From Anaerolineae bacterium (GTDB lineage: Bacteria > Chloroflexota > Anaerolineae > J102), in contig JALWZT010000233.1 of the NCBI GenBank assembly GCA_027002405.1, forward strand, positions 1 through 49,249: a stretch of DNA of 49,249 bases, given 5' to 3'. Both the position numbers and the translations under genes were made by a program. Below, piece by piece: positions 46,105 to 49,249 of the stretch (positions are counted from its first letter, which is position 1; each line of letters opens with the position of its first letter). The notes under the pieces are model-generated. The model made no database searches and was not told the origin of the DNA. It saw only the letters and a program-made list of their open reading frames with translations.

Positions 46105-48983
46105 TGAGAGCCCTCTTCGGTTTTTTCCACCAAAATGCGCACGGGGAATTGATCCTTGAGCTCCTCGATGTGGGTAATCACCAGGATCAGGGCGAATTCA
46201 TCCTGAATCATGCGCAAGGCCCCCACCAGGTTCTCCCGGCCCTGGACGTCCTGGGTGCCGAATCCTTCATCGATGAAGAGGGTTTGCAGCGAGGCGCCGG
46301 CGCGGCGGGCCAGCAGCCGACTCAACGCCACCCGCAAGGCCAGGTCCACCCGAAAAGCTTCCCCTCCAGAGAAAAGCTCGTAGGGTCTGGAGCCCAGCTC
46401 GTCCGAAATAATGATATCCAAAACCTCTTGCATACCCCCGGACTTCTTTTGGCGTCGGGTTTCCAGGCGCACGTTCATGCTGTGGTTGCTCAGGCGATGC
46501 AATAGCCGATTGGCCTCCCCCTCCAGCTCGGGCAAGACATCCTCGATAAGCATGGCCTGAAGGCCCTTTTTGCCGAACGCACTTTCCAGCATGGTGTAGC
46601 GATGAAGCTGAGCCCGAAGCTGAGCCGTTTCTTTTTTCAGAGCCTGGTATTGTTTGCGCACGCCGGAAAGGGCATGGAGGCGCTGTCGGGCCGCGCCCAG
46701 GTGTTCGCGAGCCTGCTCCCAGACGCGATGGGCTTCCTCCGCGGCCTGGTGGGCTTCTTCCCAGGCCCGTTGAGCCTGAGGCAATCCTTGCAAAGCCTGC
46801 TTCAATTGGGCCAATTCGGCCTGTTCTTCCTGCAAGGCCGCTTCTTCATCCTGCCACCGGGCCTGAATCCGGGCCAGCGCGGCTTCTTCCTGGGGTAATC
46901 GTTTTTCCGCGTCCTGCACTCGTCGCCATTGTTCCGCTGCGTCCTGCAACGCGGCCTTTTGGGTCCGGGCCCGATCATGGGCCTGGGGATCATAAGCTAA
47001 TGCGGCCAATTGGGCCTGCAATGCCTCGATTTGCGTTTGCAATGCCGGTTCTGGCCCTTCTTGCAAACGACGTTGCAGCGCGGCCACCTCTTTTTCCCAT
47101 TGGGGCAGGGCCTGGGCCAGGCGTTGCGCTTCGGCCCATTGGTGTTCCAACTGGGCCAAATAACGTCGGCGAGCAGGCAGATCCCGCAAAAGCGGCTCGG
47201 TCGCGCGGCGGGCTTGCTCCAATTGGGCTTGCTCTTGCGCCAGTGCGTCCAAAACCCCTTGCAGGGCCTCCATCTGCGCGGCCAGGGGGACCTCTGCTTG
47301 CTCATATTCCTGCAAACGGGATTCCAGTTGTGCGAGCTGGCGTTGGAGGCCGGGGAGGCGTTTCAAGTCGAACTGGGCGTGCTCGTGGGCCTTGCGCAGG
47401 TTTTTTTCTTCCTTTTGCAAAGCTTTCAGACGATCGTTACCTTCCGCGTAGGCCTGCTGCAACGCCTCCAATTGCTGATCATATTCCCGAAGCACATGAG
47501 CCCGTCCATCTTCCCCCAAGGGACGGTGACACACCGGGCAACTCTCGGTTTCCCCTTCTTCCAGCAGGGCGCGGCGGGACCGGAGCTCTGCCATTTCCTT
47601 CTTCAGTCGGGCGAGGTCTTGCTTTTGTTGTTGAATCCAGGCTTTGAGCTCTGCCAGGCGCCGCACACGCGCTTCATCCTCCTGTTTGAGCGCCTCCAGC
47701 TCCGCCACCTTGGGGAGCAATGCCTCCCGTTTGGCTTCCAATTGGGGGAGCGCGTCCAGTTGTTTTTGCAGGCGGGTTTGGGCTTGTTTTTTTTCTGCGT
47801 ACGCGGCGCGCAGCGCGGCCAGCCGCTGCAGCCTTTGTTGCTGTTCCTGTTCCAGTTGGGTGAGTCGCTCCACCTCCTGGCGCAGGGCCTCAAGCTGTTC
47901 GGCCAGCGATGTCAATGCCTCCTGGGCTTCTCGGGCCTGGGTAAACTGTTGCATGGCCAGGACCAGCTTCTTTTCCAGGTCCGCCCGGGCCCGGGCCACA
48001 GCCCGTTCCAATTGTTGGAGCTTTTGTTCCAAAGGACGCCGCTCAGCCAAAATCTGATTCCAGCGAGCCTCCTGAGCCTGGACTTCTAAAAAGGTCTGGT
48101 ATTGTTGGGCCAGGGTCTCCTTTTGGGCCAATTGCGCGCGTAACTCTTCCACAATCTGTGCGAGCCGCTGGCGTTCCATCTCGGTGCGTTGATGATCCTT
48201 TTGCAGACGCTCCAAACGCGCGGTCAGTTTCTGATAGGTGTCTTTTTGATGTTCCAGAGCCTGCAATGCCATCCGGGCTTCGGATTCCTGGCGTCGGCGC
48301 TCGCTGGCTTGCAGGCGGGCCTGGGTTTCTCGAACCTGGGCCCGTTTCACTTCCTCTTCATACGCGGCTTCCTGCTCCAACTCCTCTTCCATCTCTTGCA
48401 AACGTCCGGCCAGATGGTCCACCTCCCGCTGCACAGCCTTGGCCAGATCTCGGGCCCGGCGGGCATACTGCTCGTATTGGGCCAGATTGAGCACTCGCCC
48501 CAGGATTTCCTTGCGTTTGGCTGGCGTGGCCCGGCTGAACGCGTCCGCTTCGCCCTGTTTCAGAAACGCGGTATGGATAAAGGTGTCATAATCCATGCGC
48601 AACAGGGCTTCGATCCGCCGTTGGGTGGCTCGTAGGCTGGGCTCTGTCAAAGATTGCCAGCGTTCGCCTTCCTCGTCCCAGATGGAGAACTCCAGGGAGG
48701 TTTTCCCAGAACGGCGGTGATACTTGCGCGTCACCCCATACCGCTGCCCAGCCAGCAGAAATTCAAAGAGGACCTGCATGGAGTCGGCACCCAGAAACAC
48801 AAGCTCATCATTTCGGGCCCGGGCCCGACCCCACAACGCCCAGGTCATCGCGTCCAAAAGTGCGGATTTCCCATGGCCGTTCGCGCCGATCAGCGCGGCC
48901 AGATGCATGTTCGAAAAATCCAACGGCTGAGAAGGACGCCGGTAACTGAGAAAGTTTTGCAGGCTGAGTTTATAGGGTATCAT
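46089..48983 (-). CDS. sbcC: SbcC/Rad50-type SMC ATPase
   Basis: Walker A GANGHGKS, Q-loop LKQGE, long coiled coil, Zn-hook CPVC, signature FSGGE, Walker B LFIDEGFG. Confidence 0.92.
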   Translation of the reverse strand: MIPYKLSLQNFLSYRRPSQPLDFSNMHLAALIGANGHGKSALLDAMTWALWGRARARNDELVFLGADSMQVLFEFLLAGQRYGVTRKYHRRSGKTSLEFSIWDEEGERWQSLTEPSLRATQRRIEALLRMDYDTFIHTAFLKQGEADAFSRATPAKRKEILGRVLNLAQYEQYARRARDLAKAVQREVDHLAGRLQEMEEELEQEAAYEEEVKRAQVRETQARLQASERRRQESEARMALQALEHQKDTYQKLTARLERLQKDHQRTEMERQRLAQIVEELRAQLAQKETLAQQYQTFLEVQAQEARWNQILAERRPLEQKLQQLERAVARARADLEKKLVLAMQQFTQAREAQEALTSLAEQLEALRQEVERLTQLEQEQQQRLQRLAALRAAYAEKKQAQTRLQKQLDALPQLEAKREALLPKVAELEALKQEDEARVRRLAELKAWIQQQKQDLARLKKEMAELRSRRALLEEGETESCPVCHRPLGEDGRAHVLREYDQQLEALQQAYAEGNDRLKALQKEEKNLRKAHEHAQFDLKRLPGLQRQLAQLESRLQEYEQAEVPLAAQMEALQGVLDALAQEQAQLEQARRATEPLLRDLPARRRYLAQLEHQWAEAQRLAQALPQWEKEVAALQRRLQEGPEPALQTQIEALQAQLAALAYDPQAHDRARTQKAALQDAAEQWRRVQDAEKRLPQEEAALARIQARWQDEEAALQEEQAELAQLKQALQGLPQAQRAWEEAHQAAEEAHRVWEQAREHLGAARQRLHALSGVRKQYQALKKETAQLRAQLHRYTMLESAFGKKGLQAMLIEDVLPELEGEANRLLHRLSNHSMNVRLETRRQKKSGGMQEVLDIIISDELGSRPYELFSGGEAFRVDLALRVALSRLLARRAGASLQTLFIDEGFGTQDVQGRENLVGALRMIQDEFALILVITHIEELKDQFPVRILVEKTEEGSHYKVI

Positions 48984-48989
48984 GGGAAG

Positions 48990-49249
48990 TCACCATGAGC
49001 GATAGCTCACTGTATCACGACGAAAATAGAACGCAAGTGGCAGGTGGCAAGTGCGCATGAGACCTCGGAGGTCTGCGCAGACCCTCCGAGGTCTGGGGCC
49101 ACCACGCCCGCCCGGCGATGAAGTGAACTTGTTGGCAAACCTCAAGCCGGTTGCCGGGCAATCCGGCAGGGGCGGTGATCCGGCCGTTCGGCCCCCACCC
49201 CCTGCCCCTCCCCCGCTTGCGGGGGAGGGGTGATCGCCCGGAACGGAGG
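48990..49249 (+). mobile_element. Cassette A-end, palindromic modules and start of a GAAC/GAGG MITE (truncated by the window edge)
   Basis: TCACCATGAGCGATAGCTCAC at 48990; ATGAAGT|GAACTTGTTGGCAAAC at 49125; the body matches 28620-28730. Confidence 0.82.

Noticed and set aside
46089-48983. SMC ATPase as part of a Wadjet/Lamassu-type defence system
   Set aside because: The Zn-hook and motifs fit ordinary SbcC/Rad50, and no defence partner genes are adjacent within the window.

Overview
A 49 kb chromosomal segment of a high-GC bacterium, most likely Chloroflexota (Anaerolineae/Caldilineae-like; inferred from gene content such as the tandem glgC/glgD-like pair, SpoVS, baeRF and DUF6391-like genes). 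It holds about 39 mostly housekeeping or metabolic CDSs (alr, holA, cysQ, suhB-like, ribF, ECF sigma/anti-sigma, glgC, PGM/PMM, purB, purA, hisI, glpC, sbcC, several glycosyltransferases). I saw no rRNA, tRNA, CRISPR array, transposase or integrase. The striking feature is the intergenic DNA: about 20 loci, roughly 8 kb by hand count, are built from nested non-coding mobile-type elements. (1) An asymmetric cassette-like unit starts with an 'A-end' (TCRCCAYGAGCG-N3-GCTCACC...GAAAAT) and finishes with a 'T-end' (CTATTTACGGAACAG and variants). These units are usually bounded by a shared CAG core, form head-to-tail arrays of 2-3, and carry interchangeable palindromic cargo. (2) At least five MITE-like families have distinct terminal inverted repeats and 4-, 7- or 8-bp target duplications, and they are nested inside each other and inside the cassettes. 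These elements supply start codons, stop codons or C-terminal residues to several genes, and two sit inside Shine-Dalgarno sites. Protein-level oddities include a RibF-archease fusion, a thioredoxin-VKOR fusion and an eRF1-like protein lacking GGQ. All calls are from visual inspection; no database searches were run.
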